A stretch of DNA of 64,000 bases from Candidatus Latescibacterota bacterium (GTDB taxonomy: Bacteria; Latescibacterota; UBA2968; UBA8231). The position numbers were made by a program, and so were the translations under genes. Positions within the stretch are counted from its first letter, which is position 1; every line of letters begins with the position of its first letter. The notes beneath the pieces are model-generated. The model worked only from the letters and a program-made list of their open reading frames with translations, was not told the origin of the DNA and did not search any database. This document shows, piece by piece, positions 62,056 to 64,000 of the stretch. Where the stretch lies: positions 4,000,001 to 4,064,000 of the forward strand of contig OZ241867.1 of assembly GCA_965203175.1 (NCBI GenBank). The letters run 5' to 3'.

Positions 62056-64000
62056 CTAGGCCTTTTTCTCTCTATTGTAAGGCAGTAAGAGCGCGAAGCA
62101 GGTACCTTTGCCAACGCGGCTGGTAACCTCTATGTGGCCGCCGATTTCCCGTAGCTGGCGCTGGGCGATGGCCAGCCCCAAGCCCGTGCCTTCTCCCGGG
62201 GATTTGGTGGAAAAGAACGGCTCAAAGATGCGGGAGATTTGTTCGGGGGCAATCCCGGTGCCGGTGTCGCAGATTTCTATGGCGACGCCCTCTTGCTCGG
62301 GGCGGGTGCTCACCTGCAAGTGGCCGCCTTGGGGCATGGCTTGGAAGGCGTTGCGGATGATGTTGAGGTAGATGTCCTTGAGCATGTCGCGGTTTATGCG
62401 CACGGCTGGCACCGGCTTGAAGTGCCGCTCAATCGAGATGCCGAGGTGCTCGGCGTGTTTGGTCTCCAAGTCGAGCAATTGCTCCAGCACCTCGGCAGCG
62501 TCTAGCTGCTCTACTAGGTGCTGGGCCGGTCGTGCGAAGTCGAGCAGGCTGCCGACGCGATCGTCTATGCGGCGGATGGCCTCGCGCATCATGCGCAAGG
62601 TCTCGTCGCGTTCCTTTTCTTCTGCGGAACCTAGCCGAGGCAGCAGGTCGCAAGTAGTCTGCACAATGGCGAGGGGGTTTTTGATTTCGTGTGCTACGCC
62701 GGCAGCCACCTCGCCGAGCGCCGATAGTTTTTCGGCCTGCATGTAGCGCAGTTCAAGTAGGTGCTGCTGAGTCCGGTCTTCGACGACTAGCAAGACCTTG
62801 CCGCGATGGCCGTGGCTCAGTTCGGCCTTGTGCAGGTTCCAGTAGCGCATAACGCCCTCGGAGTCTTCGATTGCGAGGCCATCAACTACTTGCAGATTCG
62901 GGTGGGCCTTTAGCCAAGCGAGTATTTGGGCACCGGCGTGGGTCGCGCTCAATTCGGCGGACTGTTCCGGTAGCAGCAAGCTGGCCCACGCTTTGTTGCT
63001 CTGCACGATGCGGTAGTCGGCGTCGAGCACGGCAATGGCGAGGGGATTGTCCTCGATCAGATGGCGCTGCAAGCCCAAGGTGCTTTCCAAGTCCCGCTGG
63101 CGCTCGGCCAGCGTTTGGTCCATCTCGACAAAAGCATCGGCTAGTTCGCCGATCTCGTCTCGGCGCGTTACGGGTGTTCCTATGAGGGGATAGCCGTCCC
63201 GACGGCGACGCACGGCGTGCGTAAGCGAGACGAGAGGCGCGACGACCGAGCTGCGCGTCAGTCCACCCAAAAGCAGCGCCCCTAGGGCAGAAAGCCCGAT
63301 GATCGCATAAATGGAATACAGCACGACCGTGTACGGGGCATACGCCTCGTCTTCGCGCTGTTCAATGGCGACGAGCCAGTCCCAATCGCGCACGGGAGCA
63401 AAGCCCGTGACCCACTTCATGCCTCCCACATCGCGCCACAAGAGGGTTCCCGCTGGCCCGCGCATGGCCTCTATGTGCGGGTGGCGGATCCACGTGTAGA
63501 AGAATTGACGCATGGGCCGTGCCAGATAGTGACCATCGTCGGCGTGGAGTAAGGTCGCATAGCCGGTTTTGCCGAGGCGGACGAGATTTATCTTTTGCCA
63601 GACGCGGTGAAAGTCGAGGCGAGCTATTAGGGCTTGTTGAGGTAGCTGGTCGTCCCGTTCCACTGGTAGCGCGACAAAGAGCTTGGGCGTCTCCTTAAAT
63701 TCTTTGATCAGGGTAACGTACAGGCCATCGGCTGCCACCTTCGCCCAAGTTGCTGCCCAGTCGTAGGAAGCGGGCAATGCAATCGACGCGCTCGCGGCCT
63801 GTATTTGGTTTGGGGCGTCCACTAAGTAGAGCACCTCCACCTCCCTAGATTCGAGGGCGTCCTTTTTGAGCAAAGCATCTACATCCTGCGGCTTGGTTCC
63901 CACAGTGTGTGCGAGGATTCGCAAGTCGTCGGCGACCGGGGAAAAAACGCGGGCGATTTCCGCGGCCGTGCGGTGCGCCATTTCGCGGCGGCTGTCCAGC
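62056..64000 (-). CDS. Cache-HAMP-PAS sensor histidine kinase, 5' end outside the window
   Basis: 'LGKTGYATL', TM, 'RRDEIGELA', 'AHEIKNPL', 'DTGTGI', 'GTGLGL'. Confidence 0.93.
   Translation of the reverse strand, partial: LDSRREMAHRTAAEIARVFSPVADDLRILAHTVGTKPQDVDALLKKDALESREVEVLYLVDAPNQIQAASASIALPASYDWAATWAKVAADGLYVTLIKEFKETPKLFVALPVERDDQLPQQALIARLDFHRVWQKINLVRLGKTGYATLLHADDGHYLARPMRQFFYTWIRHPHIEAMRGPAGTLLWRDVGGMKWVTGFAPVRDWDWLVAIEQREDEAYAPYTVVLYSIYAIIGLSALGALLLGGLTRSSVVAPLVSLTHAVRRRRDGYPLIGTPVTRRDEIGELADAFVEMDQTLAERQRDLESTLGLQRHLIEDNPLAIAVLDADYRIVQSNKAWASLLLPEQSAELSATHAGAQILAWLKAHPNLQVVDGLAIEDSEGVMRYWNLHKAELSHGHRGKVLLVVEDRTQQHLLELRYMQAEKLSALGEVAAGVAHEIKNPLAIVQTTCDLLPRLGSAEEKERDETLRMMREAIRRIDDRVGSLLDFARPAQHLVEQLDAAEVLEQLLDLETKHAEHLGISIERHFKPVPAVRINRDMLKDIYLNIIRNAFQAMPQGGHLQVSTRPEQEGVAIEICDTGTGIAPEQISRIFEPFFSTKSPGEGTGLGLAIAQRQLREIGGHIEVTSRVGKGTCFALLLPYNREKKA

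Noticed and set aside
1-64000. Many long antisense or alternative-frame ORFs in the track (e.g. 6668-7579, 19530-20456, 21920-22801, 38964-39776, 43188-43997)
   Set aside because: They shadow well-supported genes, lack family motifs and are expected in high-GC DNA.

Overview
GC-rich bacterial chromosome segment, almost fully coding. The gene content suggests a diderm such as a Latescibacterota-like lineage, which is inference only. It carries a housekeeping run (yicC, archaeal-type cmk, coaBC, family-4 UDG, dnaB, obgE, thrB) and many catabolic or orphan enzymes (amidohydrolase, epimerase, MlrC, M20 deacylase, two aminotransferases, enolase-family enzyme, HMGL aldolase, GH127, GDH). A toxin-antitoxin hotspot is built on three copies of the mlrC 3' end. 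Also present are an MbnP/MbnH-like pair, two sigma-54 two-component systems, speD, a MacB-type efflux set, and a STAS-GHKL kinase / STAS-wHTH pair ahead of nurA, a HAS-barrel gene and herA, followed by a YhdJ-like type II R-M pair. The strongest candidate for an undescribed system is 51.4-64 kb. There an ABC-2/TolC/NEW3 export cassette is bracketed by two paralogous secreted-protein genes 8,020 bp apart. Each paralog has its own sigma-54 promoter and IHF-like site but a different 21-bp-phased enhancer array, and the two share a 64-bp identical block inside otherwise diverged genes. I recognised no rRNA, tRNA, CRISPR array, integrase or transposase. All family calls come from motif recognition by eye; no searches were run.
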